A DNA stretch of 64,000 nt from Sphyrna mokarran (taxonomy: Eukaryota), in assembly GCA_024679065.1 (NCBI GenBank), contig JAGIQG010000019.1:42098001-42162000 (forward strand), in the 5' to 3' direction. The position numbers and the translations under genes were made by a program. The notes below the pieces were generated by a model. That model saw only the letters and a list, made by a program, of their open reading frames with translations. It did no database searches and had not been told where the DNA came from. Of the stretch, positions 50,361 to 64,000 are shown piece by piece. Numbering within the stretch: position 1 is the stretch's first letter; each line of letters begins with the position of its first letter.

Positions 50361-51254
50361 GTGAGAGATTTTATGAAGAAACTCTACAACATGAAAACCT
50401 CCTCCCTTTTGGACAACTGATGTTGCAGTGCAGTTGCAGGATCTCCAAGTGAAAATAATTACTTGGAGCCCCTACTTGCGAAAAAGTCTAAATCATTGGG
50501 TTTTCATAGGGAATTAGCCAGGACTGAAGTACCTTGAGTGTGAATGATGCTTGATGCCCAAATTCCTGTATAAGCATTATAAATTTGAGTCTGCAATGAC
50601 AGGTGATGTAAGCAGTCATATTTCTACATGGATGATCACTTGTGATCTGGGGCATTTGCCACTTGCATTTTTGCTTTTTCAGTGACCCAAAGATAAACTC
50701 AATTGAGTGTTTGTTGAAGCAAGTCAACAACAAATTTTTAACTGCAATAATGTCCACCTGCAGGGTAATAGTTTACCATCACTTATTTCTGTCAATATAA
50801 GTTAAGCAACTCAAGTGTTATGAAAATGATCAATGTATATATGTGGAAAATTTGTGAATTCCTTTTAACAATGATCAAAGTGAAACATCAGCATCGTTGT
50901 AAATATTAGAGCTTGTATACTGGTAAAACTGACTACTCAACTCTTCACATTAGCAGTTTAGATAGAGGTGCCTAAAGTAGGAGTAGCTTTACTGCTCATT
51001 TGAGCACTTGAGATTTGAATTTGTCTACTAAATAGTGGAACAATCTCTCCCAAAAATTATCCATGGTATATTTGTGAAGGCAGCATTGAGTTAGATCCTG
51101 TTTGAGGAATTGTCTTTTACAAAAAGGAGTACTTGTTTGAAAGTTGGCAGCGAAACTACTGCTTGCTGGCAGAGGCGCAATGGGCCAAGTAGTCTTCTGT
51201 GATTAAGTTTTGGTGCTATGCCAGATTTAGTAAAAATATACATTTTGTTTGCAG

Positions 51255-51426
51255 ATTGCCCGTTGCAAGCAGCTGATCTGTGACCCCAGTTACGTGCCTG
51301 ACCGTGTGAAGAAAATTGGCCAGGTGATTCGAGTCATCTGCATCATGAGTCATCCCATTAAGAACATAACAGATGTAAATTCCTGTCAGATTATCATTCC
51401 CCAAAATCAAGTCAACAGAAAATCTG
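51255..51426 (+). CDS. GDI2: GDI2 exon 8
   Basis: ttgcag|ATT GCC...TCT G|gtgagt = [57 protein letters not shown]. Confidence 0.97.
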
Positions 51427-51945
51427 GTGAGTAGCTTTCATAAATCTACATTTTATTACACTCCTGGAAGCGAGTAGTAGATAATCCTGTGCTTAAATTT
51501 GAGCAGAGTTGTGTTCTTGCAATGAAGTATCTGTTAATCTGTAGCCAGAATATTTAGCGTAGAACAATACTATAAATGGGCTACCTTCCTGCCTTGATCT
51601 TGTATTGATTAGAAATCTAAAGGATTGATTTACACAAGATGGGAGCAGAGGGGAAAGGGACTAAGACAGTCAATACCTAAAGGTTAAGTTCAGAATCAGG
51701 GAGACCAAGTACATGTGGAAGAAAGAGAATGATTTAATGTTCAAACACCTAGTTACAGAATGGAATTATTAGAAGGCTCAGATCATGAGTCTGGCAGGAC
51801 AATGCAAGATCTGTTTGTGGAATCCAATTTGGTGTCAAGTGTGAAAATTTCTAGAGCAATTCTTCAGATTTTGTCTCGTCAAAATTGTAGTCCTGGAGAA
51901 TAAAAAAACTTGGCTTGTTTGACTTTGTTTTTAAATATTCTCTAG

Positions 51946-52090
51946 ACATCTACATTTGCATGATTTCCTATGCACACAATGTAGCTGCTCAAGGAAAGTA
52001 CATTGCTATTATTAGCACAACAGTGGAGACCAATGATCCAGAAAGTGAAATTCAACCAGCATTGGATCTTCTGGAGCCTGTGGAACAGAA
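51946..52090 (+). CDS. GDI2: GDI2 exon 9
   Basis: ctctag|AC ATC...CAG AA|gtatgt = (D)[47 protein letters not shown](K). Confidence 0.97.
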
Positions 52091-53611
52091 GTATGTTTTT
52101 AATATTTTGGCAGTGTGTTTACTTTTTCATTGGATTGTATATTGATTAGATTTTTATAGGAAGATGTTTGAAGGAGATTTGTTGTTCCCATGTGATATGT
52201 GGTGATCTGGTCAATAAAAATAATCTTGAATAGATAAGGGCTTCATACAACCATCATTATGATCATTTTATGGTTAGCTTATCTTAGCCCAGCCTTTTTG
52301 GTGTAGTGTCCCAAAGCAAGCTGCAGTTTAAGCATGGTAATGAGGAACATTAATGATGGGTGAATGTCTATCTATATATAAATATATCCATATAAATACT
52401 TTCCTGACTGGCTTTGTGGGGTAGAACCAAATCAGAAATGTAAATCATTGGCATTTTAAACTATATCCAGCATAGAACACTTCCCCATATTAAAACTATT
52501 AGAAGTAAAAGATAAAACATGGAGAGGAATTGCATTAAAATTAGCTACCCCATAAAGAAGTGCATCCATTAAACTACTTTCAGCATGCAAATTAAAAGTA
52601 TCCTTTAAATATTTGCATTAATGTTGAAAGTTTGGCATAATCTCAGATTTTGCCAGCCTGAACTTGAATTTGTTCTATCCAGCCATCAGCTAGATAGAAC
52701 TTGCATGAGGTTAACTACCCAGAATCAGGTAATATATGCACCCAAATGAGACTTCTCACCCCACTGAAAACTTTTACTGTGCCTGGATTACTAATATGGT
52801 ACTATTTTTTTAAATAAACTGCTTATGTTTTTTGTAGTACTGTTGTCATCCCACCAAGGTATAGGACTATTATAGCAGATGTGTTGATTTTATATGACCA
52901 TCCACACTGCTAGTCATTGGTCTTGTTTCCTTTTAATTTCAAAAGGGAACCATTGCTTGTCTGTTAGAGGCTGGTATTGACTTGCATCAGTACACTTGAG
53001 AAATAGTGAAAGAGTTTCTGAATGTTCAAAAAATGTAAGTTTGGATTGCTGGAAGTTTTAAAGTGGAGTTATTAATTGTGCTTTCATAGAGTCTTGGAAA
53101 TGACAGCACAGGAAGGCCATTTAGCCTTTCTTGGGATCCTTACGTTAGAAGGAGCCTATTTGGCTCATCAAGCCTGTACTGATAACAGTCCCACCCAGGC
53201 CCTATTCCCTTTTGGCCATGCTAAATACGTGAGGTTAAGCAACCTAATTCCCACATCTTTGGGAGATAACGAACACAGACAATGTATAAACTGAACACAG
53301 TTACCCAGATCATTGGTGCGGAGGCAGCAGTGTTAACTGCAGAACTATATGCATTACCCTGCCCCATTTCTAGAGGGGTTGGGAGGAGTCTTGCCTTTTG
53401 GTTGGGTTAATGGCACATTTCTAAAGGCTTGGAGTTGGGCATTTTGTATTGCATGAAATTGAGAGTAGATAGTCCATACTAATGATTCCATTATCAGATG
53501 TATGAAACCTGCAATTTCAGCACTTTTTTTATTAAAGCATAAGTGTCTAAATTGAATTGTAACCCCTTAATTTTGGGATAATTGGTACTTATTGTGTATT
53601 TTTCTCTTCAG

Positions 53612-53666
53612 ATTTGTTTGCATCAGTGATATGTATGTTCCAGTTGACATGGGGACTGAAAGCCAG
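53612..53666 (+). CDS. GDI2: GDI2 exon 10
   Basis: cttcag|A TTT GTT...AGC CAG|gtaagc = FVCISDMYVPVDMGTESQ (55 bp). Confidence 0.95.
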
Positions 53667-53949
53667 GTAAGCAGATGATGCCATCAATTCTTTTGTAATG
53701 AAAATATTTGTAGAATCACAAGTTGTAAATTGATTATATAGCCAGTGGAAATAAAGATTCATAGTTTCTGGCTGGTGTGAACAGAGCATATCACATGATC
53801 ATTCCTGGTAATGTATTTTAATGATTTTCAGTTTGATCTGGTGGCAACAAAGTTGGAAGATTTAAGCTCAAATCCCATTATTGGAGCAGCCTGTGTTACT
53901 GGTAGTGGAAACCTGGTCAGATTCGGAACATTGTGAAAGTTGGCTACAA

Positions 53950-54290
53950 ATTCTGGAGACAACATATTAATGGACTTGAAGGATGTTGGCAGTGGGGCGG
54001 CAGTTCTCCAAGATTCGAGGGTGTACCTTTTTTGAGGGGTGGGGTGCAGAGACACTTGGAAGAAATGAAGGCAGTACCTGTGAAGAGACCACCACTTTTA
54101 ATATCAGATAGCAGTGTGACCATGAAGGGAAGTTGGGTGGACTGGAGTTTAATGGGAATGGAATTATTAGAACAAGGTGAATATCGTGGTCAAGTTGAAC
54201 TCCTGAGGGCATATGAGGAAATGAGTAAGAAGAGCGGATTCAAGATTAGGGCATTGGAGAAATTTAACTTGGAGAGAATGCGGCAAAGGT
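53950..54290 (-). mobile_element. Decayed L2-type LINE RT fragment
   Basis: Minus strand PSKKVHPRILENCRPTANI resembles the RT motif P-LKK...L-NYRPISN; frames disrupted. Confidence 0.5.
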
Positions 54291-54519
54291 AGCTGAACAA
54301 GAGATCTTAATTTTGGTACCAAAAATGTATTGAGCTCCTTGCATGTTAATGAGATTAAAAGGACAGGGTTGGGCAGAAGGATTTAAGAGTGCAATAGGAA
54401 ATAAAAGGAACCAGGGTTACCTTTGTATTCCGGAATGATTCAGAGCAGAGAATAGCTTTAGTTGAGATTAAGACTCACTGTGGTTCATCTTGATCTAGGA
54501 AAGGCTTGGCTTAGTTAGG

Positions 54520-55555
54520 GACAATTAACATGGCTTTGTCAGAGGAAGGTTATGCTTAAGAAATTTGATATATTTCAAAAATGTTTGTGTGGATAAGGGA
54601 AATGCAGTTGGGAGATTGAAGATTGCAGCACGTGGATTTAGGGAAAATTGACAAGCTGGATCCGAAACTGGCTTAGTAATTGGACACAAAGGGTGGTAAA
54701 AGGTTGTTCGTGACTTAAGACTGGTGTCCATTAGCACCACATGATTCAATGCTGGGACCCTTAGTGTGTGTTATATACATTGATGTGGAGGAGGGAAAAT
54801 GATGAGCAAGTTTGCAGATCACACCAAGATTAGTAGGGTGATTGTTAGTGAATAAGGCCATAGGTTATGGGAAGGCATAGATGGGTTGATTAGGTGAGTG
54901 GAGCAGTAGCAGATGGAATGCAGTTTATAAGATCTAACAAGACATGAATAGCAAGATACTAGGAAGCTCGAGCAATAGATTTTGCAGTACTTATTCACAG
55001 ATCCCCAGAAGGCAGCTGAATAGTGCAGTTGAGGCATATGGGACACCTGCTTTTATTAGTCATAGCATAGAGTACAAGTGCAAGAAGGGAATGGGAACTG
55101 TGCAGAACATTGGTTAGGCCACAGCTGGAGTATTATGTGCAGTTCTGGTCATCTTGTTATAGTAAGGATGTGATTACACAGAGGGTACAGAGGAGATTCA
55201 CCAGAATGTTGGCTAGAATGGAGTATTTGAGCTATAAGGAAAGACTGGATAGATTTGGATTGTTTTCTCTGGAGCAGCGAAGGCTGATGGGTAGAGTAAG
55301 AAACAGCTGTTCCCCTTGGTTAAGGGCTCGGTCATGAGGGGTCACAGATTTGGAGAGGATTTGAGAACTCTTCATTTTGAGGATAGTGGAAATCTGGAAT
55401 GCACTGCCTGGGACCAGAAACCTTACAGCCTTTAAAAAGTATTTGAATGAATACTTGAAACAACATGTACAAGTATAGGAAAATGAAATTAGTGTGACTT
55501 CAATGGTAGAATTGTTGGTGCAGACTCAATGGGCCTTTTCTGTGTTGTATGACTG
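54520..55555 (+). mobile_element. CR1 LINE ORF2/3' fragment
   Basis: aagtttgcagat (KFAD); ORF 55110-55337 VRPQLEYYVQFWS...QRRFTRML. Confidence 0.88.
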
Positions 55556-56217
55556 ACTGTGGCTTTATTAAATAGCACCTTGCATGTTTAAATCTGCCCT
55601 CCTTGGTCTTGAAGTAAAGACGAGGACAATAAGAACAAGATCATTTAGATCCTTGAGCGTTTTCTACCATTTGGTGGGATCATGTCCAACTGTGATCTGA
55701 ACCATATCCAGTGAGGGTAAAGGTTTGCAGAGGGAAAGGCATGAAAAATAGACATGAGGGAATAATTTGGACTTAATGAAGCTCCTACAATTATTGTTCA
55801 GGACTTAGTATGTGGCTGAAGATAGGAAGACCAAGTTGGATATTTTAGGGTATGGGTTGTCACCTGAGGTAATGCTGGGTGGAAACAGCCATTGTAAAGA
55901 ATACCTATGGATAATAGTTAAACAGATGAGACTGGTTCACTGAGATAAAAGCAAAATATTGAGGATGCTGGAATCTGAAACACTTTGGTGTCAGGTCATC
56001 TAAACTCAACATTGGTTCTCTTCTCTCCCCATAGATGCTGTCAGACACGTTGAGATTTTCCAGCATTTTCTGTTTTTGTTCAGGATTGGTTCTCTGACCT
56101 GTGTAGTGGGCATAGTGCTCTATAGTTTGGGGAAATAGGTTCTATGTAGCTGAAGGTCAAATGCCCTGAGGCAACCTCATCCCTATGTTAATTGATTTAA
56201 CTTTTTATCTTTAACAG

Positions 56218-56385
56218 ATTTTCATTTCTAGAACATATGATGCAACCACCCACTTTGAGACCACCTGTGATGATATTAAAGATATTTACAGGAGGATGAT
56301 GGGAGTTGAATTTGACTTTGAAGAAATGAAGAGAAAGCAGAATGATATCTTTGGTGAAGATGAGCAGAACGAAGCTTCAAAGTAA
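56218..56385 (+). CDS. GDI2: GDI2 exon 11 with stop codon
   Basis: taacag|ATT TTC...TCA AAG TAA = [55 protein letters not shown]; joined CDS = 452 aa. Confidence 0.96.
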   Translation: MFISRTYDATTHFETTCDDIKDIYRRMMGVEFDFEEMKRKQNDIFGEDEQNEASK

Positions 56386-56899
56386 ACCCCCTTGAAATTC
56401 TTGACTTGGCTGATTCAACTTGTGTCATTATGGAAACTAATGAGCACTGCAGGAAAGGAAGTTTATATTGTGGGGCCGGCTTATTTTTTAAATCGCGTCT
56501 TCAAGATCCTGACAAGTATTGCACTGATTCCAGATGGAAACCCCATCATTGTCTTTGGCATCATGTGTAAATTTTGCTGATACCTTAGGGGTGCTGTCCA
56601 AAGAAGACAATTTACTGATGTCTGAAAAGCTTTGATCAGAGGTTTTTGCAGGAAGAATAGTGGGGCATGTTGGGTGGGGGAGGGGTTATTGGGGAAGCCA
56701 TGACTTAAATTCAGATGCATTCTTTACTGTAAACATGGAAAGATGTAAAAATGCTAAATCAATATTCCATATTGTGTGTGGAAGTATTTACTGCCATCTG
56801 CTTTAACATCAGCTCTAACATTTAATGGGTTAAGAATTCATTTGTGTAATCAATTAACAGTTTATGATGGATTGATTCTATGTAGAACTGCAACTTCAC

Positions 56900-56905
56900 A
56901 ATAAA
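56900..56905 (+). terminator. Candidate GDI2 polyadenylation signal
   Basis: First AATAAA I found after the stop (~515 nt downstream) in repeat-free UTR-like sequence; alternatives near 57158 and 57330. Confidence 0.55.
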
Positions 56906-59900
56906 AACTTGTATGTACCACCAGCCATTTCTAAACACTATAGACACTTGTATAATTTTTAATGTTTACATCTCTGGGATTTCATGATTTGGATGGTGTC
57001 CATTCAATCTCCTTTAGATTGTTAACTCTGAAGATAAAGTTTGTAGAGCTGACTTTTATCTTGCTAAAGGATCCCCCTAATATAACTCTGGACACTGAGT
57101 TGAAGTAAACCCACGCTTTTTAATGAGCTGTAGACAATATGTTAGAGGCAACTTGAGAATAAATGGTCAAATGAAGAACCGATTTCAAAGCAGGTGGTTG
57201 TGAATGCCTTCTCTATCTCTGGTTTGGAAGGATCAAACTGAATACAGTGAAATGTCAGGATCATAAAAGGTTCTGTTACGACCACTTCACACAAATTGAC
57301 TCAAGTACTGCAAAGTTAGATGGTCTTCAAATAAACTGTATGCTTTCTGAATCTACCACAAACTTGAGTTCCAAGCTTTCATGCTAAAATGGAAATGGTT
57401 GGTAAAGATTGTAACCAGAATTGTAATTTCCTTTTGAGTGGGGATTAAGTTTCTAGACTGTCCTTTTTCCCTCAACCAGAATGGTTTTCCAACTTAACTA
57501 TTGGCCTGCTAAGTTGGATAGTTGTGCTGAACATTCAGTCAAACAATGGTTTGCATTGCTGCCTGACAACACCAGGGACCTGGCTTCAATTCCTGGGTCA
57601 CTGAAGTGTGTTCTTCCTATGGGTGCGTGGGTTTCCTCCAGATGCTCTGGTTTCCTCCTACAGTCCAAAGATGTGTGGGTTAGGCTGATTGGCCATGCTA
57701 AATTGTTAAAATTGCCTTTAGTGTTGGGGGTTAACAGGATAAGTATGTAAGATGACAGGAATAGGGCCTGGATGTGATTACGGTTGTTGTAAACGGAGTC
57801 AAATGGCCTCCTCCCACAATGTCAGGATGCTGTGATTTTAACATTTGAGTGAAGTTGCCAGATATTCAAATTTAAGTTCTCGATTGGCCCACTGGGATAG
57901 CACTGAACTGACTCTTCCCTTGAGAAACCCTTTCTATCAGCGGATCTAGTGTTTCTAGATAAGGAATCTTGAGTCATTACTTTTCCATTTTCACTGGCCC
58001 TTGAAAGCTTGGGAGGGTAATTTCATAAGGGATTCTGAATTAATCTAACTACTGCATTCTGTAATGGGAATGGAAGAACCTGAACTGCTCAGGCTAACAA
58101 TCCACTTGCAGCATTGTACATTAAAGAAAAATAACTGGATTTGAATGTACATTGCTACTGATATCCACATTTTTCTATAAAACTGCATAAAAAGGTTTTG
58201 CTTGCCCAAGTGTGGAGGAATGTAGTTGACTACTGGACTTTTTACAAACTTAATGATTAACATACTTGTTTTAACATTTGTTTTTAAAAATTTGGGATGT
58301 GTCACTGGCAAGACTATCATTTGTTAGCCTTTAAATTGTGACTCAGATAACCATTTCAGGGAGTGATTGAGTTTTGCTTCCCTAAGGAACATTACCACTG
58401 TCACCAACTCCCCCAGTGTCATGAGAATACTGTTAAATTCCATTAACAAAATATGGAATTGAAAGCTTGTTTCAGTAATGGGTGACAGTTGTTAACACTG
58501 CCTCATAGTACCAAAAACCTGGTTTCAGTTCGGACCTCAACTATGGATTTCAAATTCTCCCCATGTCTGTGCAGGTTTCCTGTGGGTGCTCAGGTTTCTT
58601 ACCACAATCCAAAGATTGCATAGGTTGGATATGCTAAATTTTCCCTTAGTGTCCCTAGGTATGTACAAGATATGTACAATTTTGCATTGTAAGTATGTGG
58701 TGTTAAAGGGATAGGGCCTGAGTAGTGGTGTTGGTGTAGGCCTGTTGTCATCCATCTGCACTATAGTCACAAGTCATCCTTCAGATGTATAAATCTGAGG
58801 CCTGACCCTTGGCTATCTCCTCAAACACCAAACTGGTTGACAATGCAGCATGCATTTCAAGCAGTATTAATCAGTCACAATTGCTAGATTTGCAAGTAAT
58901 ACCCATGCCCTGTGCAGGGGTGGGGGGAGGAAGGAAAAGTGAACCAGCTGAGCTTTTGTGACAATCTGTAGATTTACAGTCCCTGTTGCTGACTAGCTTT
59001 CAATTCTAGATTTCATTAATTGACCTTAAATTTCACCAGTTATTGTGGGATTTAAACTGACTGCAGAGGATTAGACTGGAACTCTAGATTACTAATCTCA
59101 TCATTGTACTGCTTACTTTCGGGGATGCTTGAGGCCAGAATTAAAGCAACTCAGTTATGGAGGATTGGAGGACAAAGTTCAAGAGGTGGGAGAGCAAATA
59201 AAAACTTATAGAACAGAATTTCAAAATCAAGGTGTTGCTTTAACTCTGAGCCAATATTAATTGGTGAGCAGAAGAATGCTAGATGAAAAACTTTTTATAA
59301 ATTAGATAAAATCACCATGCTTCTACATGGCAAGGGACAAGATTGAGACCAACTATCCAGCCAATTGAGCTAAACCAACATGTTAGGATACCAGCAGTAA
59401 AAGACCAAGTTTATGGATGTTGGAAGATGGCAGGCCAGCCAGACATATTTTGCAATAAGAGCTAACTACTGGTATGGATTAAGGTTTCATCCAAAAGATG
59501 AGCTGAAACAGAGGTGGAAGTCAGTAACATTGTGAAGATGGAAAGTTACAGTAATGAAATAGCTATTGTCAGTGTCACTTGAGGATCAAATATGACCAGG
59601 TTATATTCTGATTGAGCCTCATAATTGCAAGAGCGGGAGACAGAGGCTGTAAGGATCTTGATCGTACCAATGTTTTGATGGTGAAAACTTTAACTGTTGC
59701 AATACTTGATAAGTTTTTGGAGGGATCAAGAATTAGTGAGATGTGGCTGGGAGCCATCATATGTGTGGAAACATTTGCATGTGTCATCAAGGGACAGTTG
59801 TAGATGAGAAGTAGGAAGGGGCCAATGATTTGTCCTGGAGGACAAATTTTAGGGGGCATGGGTTTAAAGTGTGAGGAGCAAGGTTTAAAGGAGATGTAAG

Positions 59901-60559
59901 AGGTAAGGTGGTGAGTGCCTGGAACTCACTGCTGGGGGGAGGTAGTACACGTGGTACAAAAATGAGTTTTAAGGGGCAGCTGGATAAGTACGTGAATAGG
60001 ATGGAAGCAGAGGGATACAGTCTCTGGAAGGGTAGGGGTTTTAGTTCAGTTGGGCAGCATAATCAGTGCAGGCTTGGAGGGCTGAAGGGTCTGTTCCTGT
60101 GTTGTAATTTTTTTTGTTCTTTGACACCAAAAGTAATCATGCAACAGAAGCAAAACCATTGCAGGTGACTTTCTGGCTGAGTGGGTAGATAAGAATAGAA
60201 TTGGATGGGAAGTTGCTCACTGCTGTACATTATTGAAAAGTGTTGATGGTGATGTGGTTAAACGTGTCAAAGATTGCAGCTTGGACAAGGAGGGTTAGTT
60301 TGCCTTTGTCACAGTTGGATAAGTCGCAAGGTGTTACAGTGCAGTTGCTGTGGTGTGGCAGAAACCTCAGGAGAGTTCTCACAGTCTCCATCCACTCCTG
60401 CATATCTGCTTATGGAGATGTGTTGTGGATTTTAACTGACCCTAATTCAAGTAACCTGGTGTTGGATATTAAATTAATGGACCTGTAAATCTCCTACCAT
60501 TGAGGTAGCATTTGACTGAGTGTCATCTAGGAGTCCTGACAAATACTAAATAAATGGGA

Positions 60560-61590
60560 ATCATTGGGATATGGGGAAACATATTGGTTGGTGTATATCA
60601 AGCACAAAGGAAGATAACTGGTTGTTGGAGGCCAAACATCTTTGTTCCAGGCCATTGTTGCAGGTGTTCCTCAGGTTATTATCTTAGGTCCAACCATTTT
60701 TAGCTGTTTCATCAATTACTTTCCCTCTATTACAAGATCAGAAATGGTAAAGTTTGTGGATGATTGCACAAAGTTAGCACTATTCGTAATTCCAGATGCA
60801 GCCATGGAATTACAAATAGTGCTAACTTTGTGCAATCATCCACAAACTTTACCATTTCTGATCTTGTAATAGAGGGAAAGTAATTGAAGTTTGTGGATGA
60901 TTGCACAAAGTTAGCACTATTTGTAATTCCATGGCTGCATCTGGAATTACGAATAGTGCTAACTTTGTGCAATCATCCACAAACTTTACCATTTCTGATC
61001 TTGTAATAGAGGGAAAGTAATTGAAACAGCTAAAAATGGTTGGACCTAAGATTATAACCCTAATATAAATAACCCCAGCCGTATAAATACTGTAGTTACA
61101 AGAGCATGTCAGAGGCTGGGAATTCTGCAGAGAGTAACCTGATTCAAAATCTGGCCAGCATCTACAAGATAGATACAAGTCAGGTATATGATGGAACACT
61201 TTCCATTTGCCTGGCTGAGTGCAACAATCCTCAAAGCTTGACACCATCCAGGACAAAGCATCCACTACCTTCAACCTCAACTCCCTCCAGCACTAACATT
61301 TCTGGGAACAGTGTACTATTCACACAATGCACTGCAACAACTCACCAAGGTTCCTTCAACATGGAAATACCACCACCAGCAAGTTCCCCTCCAAGCCACA
61401 CACATCCTGACTCAGAACTATATCACCTTTTCTTCACTGTCACTGGGTCAGAATCCTGGAACATGGCACTGTTGGAGTACTCACAAGATGGAATTGTGGC
61501 AGTTCAAGAAGGTGGCTTACTGCTACTTTTTAAAGGGCAATTAGTAATGGGCAACAAATGCTGGTCTCATAGGAAGGCTCATATTCCACA
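60560..61590 (+). mobile_element. CR1-clade LINE fragment containing a fold-back rearrangement
   Basis: GVPQ..LGPTIFSCFIN...FVDDCT in ORF 60642-60869; resumes about 61075 (INTVVTRACQRLGILQRVT); tail aagggcaattagtaatgggcaacaaatgctgg. Confidence 0.82.
60674..61059. repeat. Nested near-perfect palindrome (double hairpin)
   Basis: 82-bp arms 60712-60793/60806-60887 with 1 mismatch; 60887-61052 is the reverse complement of about 60681-60849. Confidence 0.97.
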
Positions 61591-63189
61591 AAAGAAGGAA
61601 AAACAGAGAACAGCAGAATTGGATATAGTAATTTACATGGGATCAAATTAAAATTTTGCAAAAAAGCACAATAATCCTGTTCTAGTTTGGGTAATCTGCA
61701 TCTTACCTACGTGTAGTCCACTATAGTTACATCAAATATCATCTGTCTGATGCAGGTCCATTCCCTACAGCAATGAGATCAGATTGTAATTATTTTCTCT
61801 AAGTTCTGATTGGAAAGATTTTAATATCAACCATTGTATTTGATATTGAACATTTCTCCTTATTCAGTGTCATTAAATTTCATAAAATCACAACATGGTT
61901 ACAGCAGATCCTGTCAGTGCTGGCTTTCTGTAAGAATAATTCTCCTCATGCTACTCACCCCATATTCCTGCAAATTCTCCTTTTTCTGATAATGATCCAA
62001 TTCCCTTTTGAATGCTATGAAGGAATTTTTGTTCATATTTGTGGGACATGGGTGTCATTGGCATTTATTACCCATCCCTAGTTGCCAGAGGACAGTTGAG
62101 AGCCAACCACATTGCTGTGGCTCTGAAGTCATGTGTAGGCCAGCCCAGGTAAGGATGGTAGATTTCCTTCACTAAGGGACATTAGTGAACCAGATGGGTT
62201 TTTTTCCAACAATCAACAATGGTTTCCTGGTCATCAGTAGATATAATTCCAGATATATTTCATTGAATTCAAATTCCACCATCTACCATTCTGGGATTCG
62301 AACCCAGGTCCCCAGCATATTAATTGAGTCTCTGGATTAATAGCTAGCAGTGCATTTCGATTCTCCCTTGCTCCTTTTGACAATTACCTTGTCCTTATTA
62401 CCTAATCAGTACCCTCTAGTTCTCAATCCTTCCACCAACAGAAACAGTTTGTCACAATCTACTCTGTCCAGTTCCATCATGATTTTGAATACCTTTATCC
62501 AATCTACCCTCAGTCTCCTCTTCTCCAATCTGTCTACATAACTGAAATTCCTCGTCCCTGAAACCGTTCTAATAAATATTTTCCTGAAATCTCTTTCATG
62601 TCTTCACAGTCAGAACTGGGCACAATATTCCAGTTTGAGGCCAAATCAGTATTTTATACAAGTTTATCATAACTTCCTTGCTTTTAGAATCAAAATGGTA
62701 AAATACAAGTTTAAGTGCTGGACAGACTTGAAATTGGGAGTGTTTCAGATCTGACTTTCAGACCCCTTCTGAGACGCTGCCATTGGCATTGTATCCAAAA
62801 AAAAAATCAGTGATTCTGAATGGCGCTGCACAAGCCTGTGGCTGGGGTTTAATGTGTTCGAAACAGTACAGCTCCAATCGACGCCTCCAACTGCGCATCA
62901 CAGAAGAAAAAGATAGCATACCGCTCCTTTGCCACATCGCTCCCAGGCTGGATAATGCCTCCTACTGGTCCCCACAGACATTGCCCCACCCCCACCTTAC
63001 TGACCCACTTTTCTCCCCACACCCCACCACCCAGACCAATCACAGCCCTCTCCCCTTTCTCCCACTGATCTCAGGCAGAGTGGCAGCAGACACCCTCCTC
63101 TTGCTGTTTTATGTCTCACTTAGTGTACCCACTCTGGCAGGGTAATCTCTGTTTCCAAAGACAAATTATTATTGCAAATCGGTCCAATA

Positions 63190-63490
63190 TTAGAATCATA
63201 GAATCCTACAGTGCAGAAAGAAGCAATTCGGCCTGTCGAGTCAGCGTTATTACTTTAACTACTGGTCCACTTTTTCTAACCCATTCTTACCATTTCATAG
63301 AAATAATAGCAACCCCGATGCAGAAAGAAGCCATTCGGCCCTTTGAGTCTGCAAAGACAACAATCCCACCCTATGTCCTATTCCCCATATATCTACTTCG
63401 CTAATCCCTCTAACCAATACATCCTGGGACAATTTAGCATGGCCAATCAACCTAATCTGCATGTCTTTGGACTATGGGAGAAAACCAGAT
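63190..63490 (-). mobile_element. V-SINE/CR1-tail fragments
   Basis: tagaatcatagaatcctacagtgcag tail and ttagcatggccaatcaacctaa core. Further V-SINE copies at 4420-4665, 6610-6875, 17005-17230, 36850-36995, 53085-53340, 57540-57835, 58485-58765, 63895-64000. Confidence 0.75.
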
Positions 63491-64000
63491 CAAGTAAATG
63501 AGTTTTGTTTTGCTACTATGAACCCAACTAAGGTTCTGTAGATTTTTTGTTGAGCAAAGAAAGTTAAAATGTAACATATCATGTGTGGGCTCATTTAACC
63601 ACTGGAAATGCCAAAAGAACATGTGTAATTCAAACGGGAGCAATATAGCTATGTCAACCTTTGTCCAATTACACTATTTGACATTTTTCTACATTACCAG
63701 TACAATACAAATGCAAGCTGTTAGTGTTGAGTGTAACAAGCAGGAGAAAAGTCATAGAAAGTGACATGGGGCTCCTGAGAAAGTAAACAAAAAATATTTA
63801 GTCTGGCAATTCTAGGGTATCAGTTGGTATTGGATTCTTACCGAACCAACTCTGGAGAGGTTTTTTTTTTAGTGTATTAACAGAGTGATGGGGAGTCCAA
63901 AGATGCATGGGTTGGGTTAATTGGCCATGTTAAATTGACCCTTAATGTCAGAAGGATTAACAGGGTGAATAGATTACAGGGTTATGGGGATAGGGCCTGC

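Noticed and set aside
60712-61024. Repeated units that could be mistaken for a CRISPR array or viral terminus
   Set aside because: Vertebrate DNA, the units are inverted LINE sequence with no unique spacers, and no cas or viral genes are nearby.
61106-61651. Longest ORF in the track (181 aa)
   Set aside because: Lies within a decayed CR1-clade 3' region, apparently off-frame; no gene-like features.

Overview
Eukaryotic, repeat-rich genomic DNA, most likely from a shark or other elasmobranch (HE1/V-SINE-like, Deu-SINE-like, CR1, Rex1 and Penelope-like repeats). Two spliced protein-coding genes lie in tandem on the + strand. The first is ANKRD16, coding exons 2-7 (1375-18937; exon 1 is upstream of the window). 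The second is a complete 11-exon Rab GDP-dissociation inhibitor, GDI2 (30498-56385, 452 aa), with a CpG-island promoter rich in NRF1-like sites. Most ORF-track entries are spurious or repeat-derived. The most notable observations are: (1) a three-copy composite retroelement with a covarying structured RNA head; (2) Penelope-like elements carrying minimal hammerhead ribozyme motifs, often as inverted dimers; (3) a double fold-back with a flip/flop loop at 60.7-61.1 kb; (4) a GDI2 exon 5 much more diverged than the other exons; (5) a SINE tail that forms the ANKRD16 last splice acceptor. Exon coordinates were read base by base. Repeat boundaries are approximate, and comparisons with human proteins are from memory, not from a search.
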